The notes beneath the pieces were generated by a model. That model ran no database searches, was not told the DNA's origin, and saw nothing but the letters and a program-made list of their open reading frames with translations. DNA of 64,000 nucleotides from a virus. The stretch spans positions 96,001 to 160,000 of the IMG/VR virus record IMGVR_UViG_3300028800_000060; one strand, 5' to 3'. Position numbers and translations under genes: made by a program. Of this stretch, positions 21,800 to 33,210 are shown piece by piece; the stretch's first letter is position 1, and the number at the start of each line of letters is the position of its first letter.

Positions 21800-23164
21800 A
21801 TGCCACTAACAGCCATAGAAAACAACCAATTTCGGATATATTCCGCACAAAAATTTATTGAAGGATTACAATCGCAAACCTCTCAAAATAATCTTTATGT
21901 GTGGATTGGGAAAGTTACCCCTTGGTCTAATGAAAATAATCCACCACAACCTAACGATACTGTGGCTGCTAGGATTTCTAGTTTTGCTGATATGTTATCG
22001 GCCAAGAGAGTTTCACCTTCTGATGCGAGCTTAGTAATTCCTCGACACAATTGGCAGCCATCTACCGTATATTCACAATATTCGGATTTAGGAGCGATTG
22101 CAAGCGGAATATACTATGATTTATACGAACCAAATACAAATACTGCTCCGTTCTATGTGATAACTACCGATTATAATGTGTATAAATGTATCAGCAACAA
22201 TTATGGTGCAAATACTTCCGTTATGCCGACGGGTACAAGTACAACACCAATTACAACTGCTGATGGATATATTTGGAAATTTATGTTTCAAGTATCTTCC
22301 GCAAATGTTTTGAAATTTTTGTCTGATGACTGGATTCCAGTATATTCATTATCATCTAATGATGGAACTACCCAATGGTCAGTACAAGCAACAGCAGTTC
22401 CTGGATCAATTGAATTCATTCAAGTAACAAATGTTGGATCCAGTTATACAAGTGTCCCACCAGTTACTGTTTTGGGTGATGGAGTAGGCTGTACAGCCGT
22501 TGCTGTTTTAACAGGCACTACAGTTACGGGAATTAATATTATAACTAAAGGCCAGGGTTACTCATATGCCACAGTAACAATTGGTGGTCCCGGTTCTAAT
22601 GCTGCGGCTCACGCAATGATAAGTCCTCCCGGTGGCCATGGTTCTAATGCTGTTGCTGAATTGGGTGCAATGTATGTTATGGTAGATGTTTCATTGAATT
22701 ATGATGAATCCAATAAAATCACAACTGGCAATGATTATAGGAAATTTGGTCTACTTTTAAATCCCTTATTCTACGAATCACAAGTATATTATTATCCTTT
22801 AATAGCAACCGCGACTACAAACCTAACATTAACGGGAGTTACAGGTACATTTGATCCCGATGTTTTGGTTACAGGTTCTACAAGCGGTGTAACTGGAAGA
22901 GTTGTTGATTTTGATTTGGCCGGTTCAAATATTTTACGGTTAAACGAAGTTACCAGAGGAACAGCAAGTGGTTACTTATCAACTGCCAGTGGTTTCGTAG
23001 TGAGTGAAACTTTAATTACCGCAAGTGGTATTGCGGAAATAAGTTCAGTAGTTGCTCCCGATATTGAACCTAATTCTGGTTTGATTTTAACTACAGAATA
23101 TATGAGTCCCGTTATGCGGTCTCCATCACAAATAGAAGATATAAAAATAACATTGCCGTTCTAA
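21800..23164 (+). CDS. gp8: gp8 baseplate wedge subunit
   Basis: YVWIGK..PW, R.NW, FYV.T.DYNVYKCI.N, DGYIWKFM, GGHG.NA..ELG, QIEDIKI. Confidence 0.9.
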   Translation: MPLTAIENNQFRIYSAQKFIEGLQSQTSQNNLYVWIGKVTPWSNENNPPQPNDTVAARISSFADMLSAKRVSPSDASLVIPRHNWQPSTVYSQYSDLGAIASGIYYDLYEPNTNTAPFYVITTDYNVYKCISNNYGANTSVMPTGTSTTPITTADGYIWKFMFQVSSANVLKFLSDDWIPVYSLSSNDGTTQWSVQATAVPGSIEFIQVTNVGSSYTSVPPVTVLGDGVGCTAVAVLTGTTVTGINIITKGQGYSYATVTIGGPGSNAAAHAMISPPGGHGSNAVAELGAMYVMVDVSLNYDESNKITTGNDYRKFGLLLNPLFYESQVYYYPLIATATTNLTLTGVTGTFDPDVLVTGSTSGVTGRVVDFDLAGSNILRLNEVTRGTASGYLSTASGFVVSETLITASGIAEISSVVAPDIEPNSGLILTTEYMSPVMRSPSQIEDIKITLPF

Positions 23165-23179
23165 GGACTAAATAGGTAT

Positions 23180-26100
23180 ATGCCAATTACATTTTCAACA
23201 GCGCCATATTATGATGATTTTTCTGCGGCAAAAGAATTTTACAAAATATTATTCCGTCCCGGTTATGCTCTCCAAGCTCGCGAACTAACTCAACTACAAT
23301 CTATTTTTGGTGAGCAACTAAATCGGTTTGGACGATATATTTTCTCCGATGGTGCGATGGTTACACCAGGGCAAATAACATACGATCAAAATCTAGCATA
23401 TGTGAAGGTTAATCCCACATTTTCAGCAGCACCTATTGATTATGATTTGATTGATCCACTTGTAGTGGGAACAACAGTTCAAATTAAAGGTGTGACAACC
23501 GGCATTGTTGCACAGGTTGTTCAGGTTGCCCGCGATATCAATACCATTTACGTAAAATACGTAACATCAGGAACAAGTAATACAGTCGCAACATTTGCTG
23601 ATAATGAAGTTATAAACATTCTTCCTGCAAATATTGGTGTTTGCCAAGCAATAGTTGCCGCATCAACTGGTATAACAGCACAGGCATCAATCGCCGATGG
23701 TGTGTATTTTATTTTCGGTAAATTTTTGAATGTAAATTCTCAAACCATTCGATTGGCAGATTATAACCAATTTCCTAGTGTTAATGTTGGTCTTCAAGCT
23801 GTAGAAACCATTGTTACACCAGAAGATGATACCTCATTAAACGATAATGCTATTGGTACACCGAATTTTGCTGCACCAGGTGCACACCGTTACAAGATCG
23901 TTTTGAATCTTGTTGCTTTACCAGAAGGAACAATAGCTGATAGTGAATTCACTTCCTTAATGGTAATCGCAAACGGAACAATTCAATCTCAAGTTCAAAC
24001 TACCGCACTAAGTGAAATTGCCGATACATTGGCGCGCCGAACATTCGACGCAAATGGTAATTTTATTACAACTCCTTTTGGATTTGATATCCATGAAAGT
24101 CTTTTGAATGGTAATAATGGTGGTGTTTATACAGCTTTACAGGGTGGGCGAGAAGATCAATTAGCATTTGGAATTGAACCTGGAAAAGCATATGTACAAG
24201 GATATGAAATTAAGACTATTACCAAGCAATACATTCCATTAGATAAGGCACGTACAACCAATTTCTTTCAAAATAGTCATACGCGCGCCTATCTGGGTAA
24301 CTTCATCTATATTAATCGCGTATTTGGTATACCAAGTTATGATTTGTGGCCATCGGTGAATTTGTATGCTACGCCAATTGTTACTGATGGTGTGGCACCA
24401 GTAACTTCTATTGTAGGAACTGCTACAATTCGTGGTTTACAATTTCAAGAAGGATCTTTCCAAGTAATTGGTGATCCTGGTCCCATATTTCAATGTTATT
24501 TAACCGATATCAATATAACTACACCAGGATTATCCTTGACAGATATCCGCTCATTGGCAGTAAATGATGGTACACTAACAACAACTGCAAATATCCTAAC
24601 ACAAGTGGATATTGTGAATGTTGTAGGTAGTTTCGCAATAGGTTCTACTATTACAGATGGCACGAATACAGAAACAGTGTATGCCTGGGACACTACAAAT
24701 AATTTATTATTGACTCAGCCTAGCGCAGTTTCTATACCGACTAATTCACCGATCACATCAAGTGCAACTGGAACAGCAAATATTTTACAGCGTATCTCAC
24801 TTTTTGATCCGTCTGATAATATCTTATTATACCAGTTACCTCAAGGAACAGTATCTACAGTCCGTGATACTTCTGGTAGTATCACAACATCATATTCATA
24901 CCGTAAGGTATTTACTCCAGTTGCCGCTAGTTCCGGAACAGTAACATTCGCTACGAGTACTAATGAAGTATTTGCGTCAATGGAAATTACTGATTATGTT
25001 GCATGTATCGAAAGTGGTACGGGTGCAGGTACACTGGTAGATGTTACCAGTTCAAGCCCTGTATTTAGTTCGGGATTGGCGCATTTAACATTTAACGCTC
25101 CTAATGGTACAACGGTAAAACTTTCGGCTACAGTTGTTAAAGAGATTGCCGTAGAGAAAACAAAATCACTACAAACCCAGTCATTGACCGTAACAACTCC
25201 TGCTAGTGTTTTGAATCTTGGAAAAGCCGATATTTATAATATATTGGGCATATGGACAGGAACAGATAATACGGGAACAAATATCACATCATGGTATAAA
25301 TTAGACAGAGGACAACGAGATAATCGTTATGATTTTGGAACACTTTCATTGCTTCCAGGATATACCTCTCCTTCATCAGTGTTTATACAATATCAATATT
25401 TCACCCATAGTTCCGGTGATTACTTTAGTGTGAACAGTTATTTAAATTTTGATGCCGCTCTTCCAAATTATATTGCCGGGGCCACGTATTATCCATTAAT
25501 TCCTTCATATAATGGATCAAATGGTACGAAGTATCTATTACGTGATTGTTACGATTTTCGTCCTCGCGTAAATGATACGGCCACACCAACAAGCACTATA
25601 GCTAATGCTGCTGTACCGGTACCACCAACATATGTTACTCCAGGTAAATTAGTGAAACCTAATGATGATATAGTCTCGGACTTCTCATATTATCTAGGTC
25701 GTATCGATAAGATTTATTTGGATGAAAATGGATTTTTCCGTGTAATTGAAGGCACACCTTCATTAACACCATTAGCTCCACCAGATCCTGCAACAGGGAT
25801 GGTTGTTGCTATTTTGGGATATCCCGCATACACGTTTTCACCAACCAGCGTTTCCATTAAGAGTATTCCAAATAAGGTTTATCCAATGGTGAAGATTGGT
25901 GATTTAGAGACTCGTATTGCCCAGTTGGAATATTACACGGCTTTAAATTTGTTGGAACAACAAACTGCCAATATGCAGATTCCGGATGCAACAACGGGAT
26001 TAAACCGATATCAATCTGGGTTTATAGTTGATAATTTCGTGGACAACAGTGTTTCAGATTATAATAATTCGGATTGTAAATTTTCTTTGGATGCATTGAA

Positions 26101-28882
26101 CAAAATTATGCGTCCAACCTATGATAGCAATGCGATTAATATGCAGTTTGATTCCAACCAAAGTTCAAATGTTGAATTAAACACATTAAAGCCTGCAAAT
26201 TCAATTATAACGTTACCTTATACCGAAGCACCGGTTGTAACACAAACCATGGCTTCACGTCAAGAAAATTTGAACCCATATAATGTTTTTAGTTTCGTGG
26301 GCACGATTGCTTTAAATCCAGCAACAGATACATGGGTTAGCACAGCATATCTTCCAGATCTTACCGTTACAGATAATTCCTTATATGATGCGACTCAGGC
26401 AAACCTTGAAGCGTCAAATACACTAGGCACAATTTGGAATGCCTGGACAACAGATTGGGTTGGACAACCTGTTACATCTCAAAGTACTCCCGCCACTGAT
26501 GGTGTTGATAATTCTACTCCAACAACATCGACATGGGTGGCAACATTACAAGCGACTCCATCACAAATAACGGCAGCGCAAGCATTATTAGCATCTAATC
26601 CTAATTTGAATGGTAGTTTTCCTGCACCTGCGGGATATGTGATACAAGTTACACCAGGACAAACGAATACTATACCAGTACAAGCTTCAACAACGATAGG
26701 ACAAACTAGAACGGGAACAATAACATCATTGATTAATGTTCCCCAAGTTACCGTATCTGATGTATTGGTTAATACTGCAATGGTTCCTTATTGCCGCTCA
26801 AACACAATTGCCTTTACTGCAAAGGGATTAAAACCATTCACACAATTCTGGCCATTTTTCGATATCACCCCAGTCAGTGCATATTGTTCTCCTGGAACTT
26901 TGGTGACAGATGCAAATGGTATGGTTTCGGGCACTTTTACTATACCTGATCCTACCAGTACCGGTGATCCCACATTTAGAACAGGTACCCGTGTGTTTAA
27001 GTTGGTAAATGATATCAACAATGTGACGGCAAATGTTTCATCATACGCAACTGCAAATTACGTGGCATCAGGTGTTCTTGATACTGACCAGAATACAATT
27101 ACTTCAGTTGGAGTTCCTGAAATACACACACAACAAGTAACTGATAGCCGCACAATTAATAGTGTGACTACTGCACAAGTTGGAAATCAATCAGTAACTT
27201 GGGTCGATCCTTTAGCACAGTCATTCCTTGTTAATACATTACAAGGTGGTTATTGTGTTACCTCATTAGAGGTTTATTTTGCATCCAAAGATACTAGTAT
27301 TCCAGTAACATTACAAATCCGCGAGATGCAGAATGGAACACCAACACAATCTATTGTACCTTATAGTACGGTAGTATTGAATCCAAACCTGATAAATATT
27401 TCATCAGATGCATCTGTCAAAACTGTATTTTCATTCCCTTCTCCTGTATATTTGCAGCAAGGAACAGAATATGCTATTGTTTTGTTATCCAATAGTAATA
27501 GTTATTTCGTTTGGACAGCCTTGATGGGTGATTATGTTTTGAATACCGATGTGTTGATTTCGCAAGTTCCATATACTGGGCTGTTATTCAAATCACAGAA
27601 TGCGAGCACTTGGGTTCCTTCTCCTACTGAAGCTTTGAAGTTTACTTTAAATCGCGCAGTTTTCAATTATGGAATTTTGGGAACCGCTATTTTGGAAAAT
27701 CCTGTATTGCCGGCAACGACATTACCTAATCTTTCATTGATAACTTACAATGGAACAAATGCGATAAGAGTTGAAACTCCTACGTGCCATGGCATGCCAG
27801 CCGGAAGTTTGGTTACTATAACTATTCCACCGGGATCAAGTAATGCAAATTGGGCAGCAAGTTATAATGGAATACCTGTTACCGATATTGTTCCGACTGT
27901 ATCAGGAGATTTAAGAAGTTCTGCATGGGCTTCGGGCGTGGCTGATACGGTTTTGGGTTCAAGAACCTATATTGTGTCGAATGTTGAGTTGGATAGCTTC
28001 ACATTTTTCGTTGTAGATGGTAGTGGTAGTGTTGTTAATGCCACTTCATCGGGATTAACTGGGGTAGCCTTATCTATCACACAAAATTATCCTTACGATG
28101 TAATGATGCCTATTGTATCAGAATTGAATTTTCCAGGAACTAATACCAAATATTATTCCAGAGGTATCACAGATACATCAACACATGGTTCACAAGTTCC
28201 ATATGAAAGAACTTTGGGTGGTAGTTTCCCATTTTCGCAATTTATTCCCAATCAGAATGTTTTATTGACAGCACCTCAATTAGTCGCGTCGGCTATTAAC
28301 GAAGCAAAACTAATTAATATAGGAACACCTTTCGCTAATAAGAGTTTGGTATGGCAGATTAATTTAACTTCTACCGCCGATAATCTTTCACCAATGATTG
28401 ATAGTACAAGATTGACAGCATTGCTGATTAGTAATAGAATAGATTACCGCGTGAATAGTACCACACCACCCTCTTCACCCGCTGCTGCGGCCTCAGCATA
28501 TACATCAGAAACTGCTCCATATGGAGCGACAGATGCCGCCATTTATATTACTCGTCCTGTTACCTTGGTGAATGCTGCAAATAGTATTCACTTCTGGTTA
28601 AGTATTATGCGGCCATATGGTTCACAAGTTGACATTTATTATAAGATTTTGCCTACAAATAGTAATGCGAACTTTGCCGCCGGTGATTATGTTTTAATGG
28701 ATCCAGATCCAAATACAGATTTTTCGCCAGCACAAAATGCCAATGACTTTAAAGATTACTATTGGCATCAAGATTATATAGGAGAATTCACCCAATTTTC
28801 TATTAAAGTGGTTCTTCGATCTACAAATAGTAGCGCTGTACCACTTTGCAAACAATTGCGTACAATAGCTTTGGAGACATAA
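23180..28882 (+). CDS. VrlC/DUF4815-like large baseplate-tail protein
   Basis: PYYDDF, LFRPG.A.QARELTQLQS, APGAHRYKI, LARRTFD.NG.F, GKAYV.GYE, DFRP, LEYYT.L.LLE, GFIVDNF, DPLAQSF. Confidence 0.88.
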   Translation: MPITFSTAPYYDDFSAAKEFYKILFRPGYALQARELTQLQSIFGEQLNRFGRYIFSDGAMVTPGQITYDQNLAYVKVNPTFSAAPIDYDLIDPLVVGTTVQIKGVTTGIVAQVVQVARDINTIYVKYVTSGTSNTVATFADNEVINILPANIGVCQAIVAASTGITAQASIADGVYFIFGKFLNVNSQTIRLADYNQFPSVNVGLQAVETIVTPEDDTSLNDNAIGTPNFAAPGAHRYKIVLNLVALPEGTIADSEFTSLMVIANGTIQSQVQTTALSEIADTLARRTFDANGNFITTPFGFDIHESLLNGNNGGVYTALQGGREDQLAFGIEPGKAYVQGYEIKTITKQYIPLDKARTTNFFQNSHTRAYLGNFIYINRVFGIPSYDLWPSVNLYATPIVTDGVAPVTSIVGTATIRGLQFQEGSFQVIGDPGPIFQCYLTDINITTPGLSLTDIRSLAVNDGTLTTTANILTQVDIVNVVGSFAIGSTITDGTNTETVYAWDTTNNLLLTQPSAVSIPTNSPITSSATGTANILQRISLFDPSDNILLYQLPQGTVSTVRDTSGSITTSYSYRKVFTPVAASSGTVTFATSTNEVFASMEITDYVACIESGTGAGTLVDVTSSSPVFSSGLAHLTFNAPNGTTVKLSATVVKEIAVEKTKSLQTQSLTVTTPASVLNLGKADIYNILGIWTGTDNTGTNITSWYKLDRGQRDNRYDFGTLSLLPGYTSPSSVFIQYQYFTHSSGDYFSVNSYLNFDAALPNYIAGATYYPLIPSYNGSNGTKYLLRDCYDFRPRVNDTATPTSTIANAAVPVPPTYVTPGKLVKPNDDIVSDFSYYLGRIDKIYLDENGFFRVIEGTPSLTPLAPPDPATGMVVAILGYPAYTFSPTSVSIKSIPNKVYPMVKIGDLETRIAQLEYYTALNLLEQQTANMQIPDATTGLNRYQSGFIVDNFVDNSVSDYNNSDCKFSLDALNKIMRPTYDSNAINMQFDSNQSSNVELNTLKPANSIITLPYTEAPVVTQTMASRQENLNPYNVFSFVGTIALNPATDTWVSTAYLPDLTVTDNSLYDATQANLEASNTLGTIWNAWTTDWVGQPVTSQSTPATDGVDNSTPTTSTWVATLQATPSQITAAQALLASNPNLNGSFPAPAGYVIQVTPGQTNTIPVQASTTIGQTRTGTITSLINVPQVTVSDVLVNTAMVPYCRSNTIAFTAKGLKPFTQFWPFFDITPVSAYCSPGTLVTDANGMVSGTFTIPDPTSTGDPTFRTGTRVFKLVNDINNVTANVSSYATANYVASGVLDTDQNTITSVGVPEIHTQQVTDSRTINSVTTAQVGNQSVTWVDPLAQSFLVNTLQGGYCVTSLEVYFASKDTSIPVTLQIREMQNGTPTQSIVPYSTVVLNPNLINISSDASVKTVFSFPSPVYLQQGTEYAIVLLSNSNSYFVWTALMGDYVLNTDVLISQVPYTGLLFKSQNASTWVPSPTEALKFTLNRAVFNYGILGTAILENPVLPATTLPNLSLITYNGTNAIRVETPTCHGMPAGSLVTITIPPGSSNANWAASYNGIPVTDIVPTVSGDLRSSAWASGVADTVLGSRTYIVSNVELDSFTFFVVDGSGSVVNATSSGLTGVALSITQNYPYDVMMPIVSELNFPGTNTKYYSRGITDTSTHGSQVPYERTLGGSFPFSQFIPNQNVLLTAPQLVASAINEAKLINIGTPFANKSLVWQINLTSTADNLSPMIDSTRLTALLISNRIDYRVNSTTPPSSPAAAASAYTSETAPYGATDAAIYITRPVTLVNAANSIHFWLSIMRPYGSQVDIYYKILPTNSNANFAAGDYVLMDPDPNTDFSPAQNANDFKDYYWHQDYIGEFTQFSIKVVLRSTNSSAVPLCKQLRTIALET

Positions 28883-28884
28883 AT

Positions 28885-29106
28885 ATGCTTCCTCAATATT
28901 TACCAATAGAAAATAATCCAAATTTGGCCCGCCATACGAATAGTATGGCGGTTGTCAATTTGGATAAACAATCTCGAATTCAATACCGAATACAAAAAGA
29001 AAGAATTTTGAGAGAAAAAGAAGACATAAATAATTTAAGAAAAGAAGTTGACGATTTAAAAAACCTAGTTATGGAGTTATTAGCTCAAAAGAGTAAGGAA
29101 AAATAA
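28885..29106 (+). CDS. small coiled-coil protein (conserved after vrlC in T4-like phages)
   Basis: L.R...S.AVVN.D...Y, followed by INNLRKEVDDLKNLV heptads. Confidence 0.7.
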   Translation: MLPQYLPIENNPNLARHTNSMAVVNLDKQSRIQYRIQKERILREKEDINNLRKEVDDLKNLVMELLAQKSKEK

Positions 29107-29675
29107 TGAAAACATTCAAATCTGTATTGTTAATGTTAGCTTTAGGAAGTATATTGGCTTTCGGTCAAACAACGACATCGACACCAATAACTTTACCAAC
29201 ATCTATTTCTGTTGTTGGAGAATTTAATCAATTAGCTACACCTCAGTGGGCTATAGGAATTTCAGCTTTATATGCACCATCAGTTCAAAGTAATATTGGT
29301 ATGTACGATACTACTAGTGCTGATGTAATTCCTGTTAGAGCTAATGATCCGGTTACAAAGAAACCATTTATTGCTATTTCGGCCAGTATTCGCCAAGGCG
29401 TACATGAAAAGATTTTATGTTCAGGTAAATATTGTTTCTTTTTAGGTGGAGATATTGGTCCTGGGTTTTCTTCAAATTCAACGAATGGTGTTAGTTTAAG
29501 TTTTACTAGTTCTTTCGTTGCAACATCGATTTACCGAATAAAACCTTGGCTTAGTTTTGTTGTACCGATTAGAATGCTTTATGTTTCTGGTATTGGATGG
29601 AATCCTGTTCTTCAGGCGGGTTTCAGTTTTAATCTAAAAGCTTTACCACCTCCTGCGCCAGATGCTATAAAATAA
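29106..29675 (+). CDS. secreted/outer-membrane beta-strand-rich protein
   Basis: Signal peptide MKTFKSVLLMLALGSILAFG; amphipathic beta strands ending QAGFSFNL. Confidence 0.55.
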   Translation: MKTFKSVLLMLALGSILAFGQTTTSTPITLPTSISVVGEFNQLATPQWAIGISALYAPSVQSNIGMYDTTSADVIPVRANDPVTKKPFIAISASIRQGVHEKILCSGKYCFFLGGDIGPGFSSNSTNGVSLSFTSSFVATSIYRIKPWLSFVVPIRMLYVSGIGWNPVLQAGFSFNLKALPPPAPDAIK

Positions 29676-29696
29676 GCGATCTATTAGAGCCCTCTC

Positions 29697-29746
29697 AAAA
29701 GCCGTCTAATATTTCCCTCATATAAGGGATCTATTAGACGGCTTTT
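29697..29746. terminator. bidirectional intrinsic terminator ending the virion module
   Basis: AAAAGCCGTCTAATA...TATTAGACGGCTTTT inverted repeat. Confidence 0.8.
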
Positions 29747-29801
29747 TATTTTACTTAACAAAAATAATAATTTTTTGTATACTTGAAATATAGACGACCA
29801 A

Positions 29802-30233
29802 ATGACACTAGAACAATTGCAACAAAGATTCCCTGATGCTACAATGGACACATGGCATCAGCACTCCCGGGGATCCGGTTGGATCCAGAATACGGCATAT
29901 GTGGAACCATCGGTGTACGTGGGGCCGGATGCTTTAATATTTGGATATGCTCGGGTATCCGGAGATGTCTGGGTATCCGGAGATGCCCGGGTATATGGTG
30001 ATGCCTGGGTGTCTGGAAATGCCTGGGTATACGGAGATGTCCGGGTATTTGGAAGCGCCTGGGTGTCAGACAATGCCTCAGTGTCTGAAAATGCCTGGGT
30101 ATTTGGAGATGCCTGGGTATTTGAATTTGCATGGTTATACGGAAATGCCACGGTATGTGGAAATGCCAAGGTATATGGAGATCAAGTGATATCTGGAAAT
30201 ACTCTGATAGGAATACCAGAATATACGTTTTGA
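29802..30233 (+). CDS. hexapeptide-repeat (left-handed beta-helix) protein, paralogue 1 of 8
   Basis: MTLEQLQQRFPDAT.DTWHQH..G.GWI.NTA.V head plus (V-x-G-N/D-A-x)n repeats. Confidence 0.85.
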   Translation: MTLEQLQQRFPDATMDTWHQHSRGSGWIQNTAYVEPSVYVGPDALIFGYARVSGDVWVSGDARVYGDAWVSGNAWVYGDVRVFGSAWVSDNASVSENAWVFGDAWVFEFAWLYGNATVCGNAKVYGDQVISGNTLIGIPEYTF

Positions 30234-30249
30234 TGATGAGAATAATATA

Positions 30250-31218
30250 ATGAAACTAGAACAAATTGGGTTTTATACTCTATCAGATAAAAGAGCAGCA
30301 ACGGCTAGCCAATTTTCTCCCTTGTCTCGTTGTGAAATGCTTTTAACTGGCCGTTGTAATTTCCATTGTCCTTATTGTCGAAGTGTTGGAGGACCAGATA
30401 AACCCTGGGAAGAAGCCGCGGCTGTAGTAAAGCTTTGGGCTTCCCAGGGACTTTACGCTATAAGGTTTAGTGGTGGAGAACCTCTAATGTATCCCAAACT
30501 CAATGATTTGGTTGCATTAGCTAAAAAAGAGGGAATCCAAAAAATTGCGATTTCCACTAATGGTTCTTTCCCACTCGACCGATATCGGAAACTTATTGAT
30601 TTGGGTGTAAATGATTTTTCCATTTCCTTAGATGCTTGTTGTGCCGAGGATGGAGATTTTATGGCAGGTGGTATTAAAGGTGCATTCAATCGGGTTGTGG
30701 CAAATATTCGCGATTTGTCCAAATTAACGTATATCACTGTTGGTATAGTTCTCACTACTAAGAATGCCAACACTGTAGGGGAGATTATCAAATTTGCCGA
30801 TAGTTTGGGCGTTCAAGATATTCGAGTTATTCCCGCCGCTCAAGCGGGAGATAAGTTAAAACAGATTAAAATTGATGAGGAATTACTTCAAAAATATCCT
30901 ATCTTGCGCTATCGGATTAAAAATTTGCGAAATAATAGGCCTGTTAGAGGTTTGCGTCCTTGGAACAGTCATAAATGTGGTTTAGTATTGGATGATATGG
31001 CTGTATGTGAAGGAGAGCATTTCCCCTGTATCATTTATCTTCGTGAAGGTGGAAAAGCAATCGGTAAAATTACAGATAACGATGTTAGGCAAGACCGTGC
31101 TTTGTGGTATGAAAGTCATGACACACATCAGGATCCCATCTGTTCTAGTAATTGTTTAGATGTGTGCGTTGATTACAACAATAGGTTTGAATCTTTTCGA
31201 CCGATTGACAATCCATAA
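30250..31218 (+). CDS. radical SAM enzyme
   Basis: CNFHCPYC motif, RFSGGEP, STNGS, SISLD; Cys-rich C-terminus (possible auxiliary cluster). Confidence 0.9.
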   Translation: MKLEQIGFYTLSDKRAATASQFSPLSRCEMLLTGRCNFHCPYCRSVGGPDKPWEEAAAVVKLWASQGLYAIRFSGGEPLMYPKLNDLVALAKKEGIQKIAISTNGSFPLDRYRKLIDLGVNDFSISLDACCAEDGDFMAGGIKGAFNRVVANIRDLSKLTYITVGIVLTTKNANTVGEIIKFADSLGVQDIRVIPAAQAGDKLKQIKIDEELLQKYPILRYRIKNLRNNRPVRGLRPWNSHKCGLVLDDMAVCEGEHFPCIIYLREGGKAIGKITDNDVRQDRALWYESHDTHQDPICSSNCLDVCVDYNNRFESFRPIDNP

Positions 31219-31239
31219 TCTTTTTGTTAACATCATTAT

Positions 31240-31419
31240 ATGAGCGATTACAAATATGAAATGCAAATGATTGCCGAAGATTTGGCATCCGAGAATGGAT
31301 GCGAATATTTCAACTTAGATTCCGTTTCGCAATGTGAATATTTTGAAAAGGCCATTTCGGTTTGGAATGATAAGCGCGGCGCTCAAATTGATGCACTAAT
31401 GGCTAAACAAGGGAGATAG
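31240..31419 (+). CDS. small acidic protein (leaderless)
   Basis: Manual ORF MSDYKYEMQMIAEDLASE...KQGR after TTGACA(31205)-17-TAACAT. Confidence 0.6.
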   Translation: MSDYKYEMQMIAEDLASENGCEYFNLDSVSQCEYFEKAISVWNDKRGAQIDALMAKQGR

Positions 31420-31618
31420 CCACATGGATAAAATCCAACACGATTCAACTGAATATATTGTGGCTTGTGCCGCCCGAGGAAGAATTTTTTCCGAGCATAA
31501 GACGGGCAAGGCCGCACAAAAAAAGATGAAAAAGTATCCTTGTTTGGATGCTGATGATTACTGCATCTATTCGCGAAGGGATTGGATAGAAGTGGTATAC
31601 CATCGCTAAGGAAAAATA

Positions 31619-32062
31619 ATGCAACCACAATGGAAGTATATCGGTACAATTGGTGACTGCGACCCCATTACTTACGGTGGTGGTTTCGTGTATGTCGATG
31701 AACTGGGCAATTATAGTCCTGAAATTGCGTGGTTCGAACCAGAAACTGATGATAAATCGTGGCAAGAACACGGGGACCAAATACCTGTGGTAATTTCAAG
31801 GATTCTCATCGAAAAAGATTCCACTGAAGAGTGGTGGTACAGAGATTTGGATGTATTGTCCCGGGTCATTGGAAAACCACTCGAAGAATTGCAACAGATG
31901 GCAAACAGTAACTGTACTATGGAAAAGGCACTGTTGTATATGGATCTTTTGTGTTTTTTTGGTTCTTACCAATTCGACCAAGAACCACAAGTAATTTCCG
32001 AAAAAACCGCATATCAAAAGTATGCAAAGGAAATGGAAGAAACAACTCAAAATGCTAGATGA
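31619..32062 (+). CDS. hypothetical protein
   Basis: 147 aa, AAGGA RBS. Confidence 0.65.
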   Translation: MQPQWKYIGTIGDCDPITYGGGFVYVDELGNYSPEIAWFEPETDDKSWQEHGDQIPVVISRILIEKDSTEEWWYRDLDVLSRVIGKPLEELQQMANSNCTMEKALLYMDLLCFFGSYQFDQEPQVISEKTAYQKYAKEMEETTQNAR

Positions 32063-32330
32063 AACCTGGTTGGACGAACAACGGAGAATTCAAGGCATGA
32101 CTGTGTTATGCCCAAAATGTAATAACACACCCAAAATTAACAACAGTTGTAGCCAATGTACCGGATGGGGATACGTAAAACCGGGAGTAGATTCCGAATG
32201 CATTCACGTCTGGCGGGAGATCTCTCCTAAAGAGGCAGATGCTCGGGGAATTTATCACCCGGGTATGTGCTATCATACCTACATATGTGCTAAGTGCAAA
32301 ACTTCTATGAGCCAAGACTCATCCGATTGA
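32052..32330 (+). CDS. Zn-finger protein
   Basis: CPKC, CSQCTG.G, C.H.W, CAKC. Confidence 0.6.
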   Translation: MLDETWLDEQRRIQGMTVLCPKCNNTPKINNSCSQCTGWGYVKPGVDSECIHVWREISPKEADARGIYHPGMCYHTYICAKCKTSMSQDSSD

Positions 32331-32670
32331 TTTCCTTGGCCCTGTTTTGCTATCATCTTTGATATGAATCTTATTTTAAGAAGGTGTGATTATGGAACGA
32401 ATTACTAGAAAACACCTGGAACACAAGGTTGAATGGTTGAAGAAAGAGGGTTTCACCGATATATCTCTCGACCATCATCAGCCTGGTGGTTCAAAGTATA
32501 CCTGGGCCGTTGAAAATGCTGAAGGATCTTGCCGACTTGGATGGTCTGGTAGAATGACGGCTCGTGAATGTCTCATCTATTTGAATGGCATGCTACATGC
32601 GTGGGAAAGTAAATGTGGAGATACATCTTCGCGGTTATAATTCGAGGGGTACCAAATAGGCATTACAGGC

Positions 32671-33210
32671 ATGTTTGTGCCAGTTGCCATCAGACCGGGC
32701 AGGCACATTATAATTGGAATGGTTGTTGGAGATTTAAAGCCAAAAAACGGTCTGAATTGCTCAGGAAATATTAAATATATGTCTGTAGCCAAAATTATTG
32801 ATGCATATCCACCAAGTATGGGATTACCGCTTTTAGCTTGGAAAGCTTTTCGTAAAAGTGAAAGTTCACCAAAAAGTATTTTTTTCCCCCATTGGGATAT
32901 TAACGGTAAATATAATCCCGGAACTGATAAAGTTCTTCTAAATACTTGGCTTCGTGCGACAAATCAAGATGCCTTGACCTTGGAGGGAACAAAATATATT
33001 TCTGGTTTCCATACATTTAGATCTATGGAATACGCTAAAAAGTGGGTTAACGGAAAAAGTAATCGCGTTATTATTCCGGTCACAATAAACCTTGTTCGTT
33101 ATAAAATGTTACATTGTCCGGAATACAAACATAAGGATATTCCTTCCTTAGAAGGATGGGTTTCAGATTTGATGTATATAGATGAAGCAGAAATTCAAAA
33201 TTACCTTTGA
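32671..33210 (+). CDS. hypothetical protein
   Basis: 179-aa ORF (true start may be internal); Y.SGFH.F motif. Confidence 0.55.
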   Translation: MFVPVAIRPGRHIIIGMVVGDLKPKNGLNCSGNIKYMSVAKIIDAYPPSMGLPLLAWKAFRKSESSPKSIFFPHWDINGKYNPGTDKVLLNTWLRATNQDALTLEGTKYISGFHTFRSMEYAKKWVNGKSNRVIIPVTINLVRYKMLHCPEYKHKDIPSLEGWVSDLMYIDEAEIQNYL

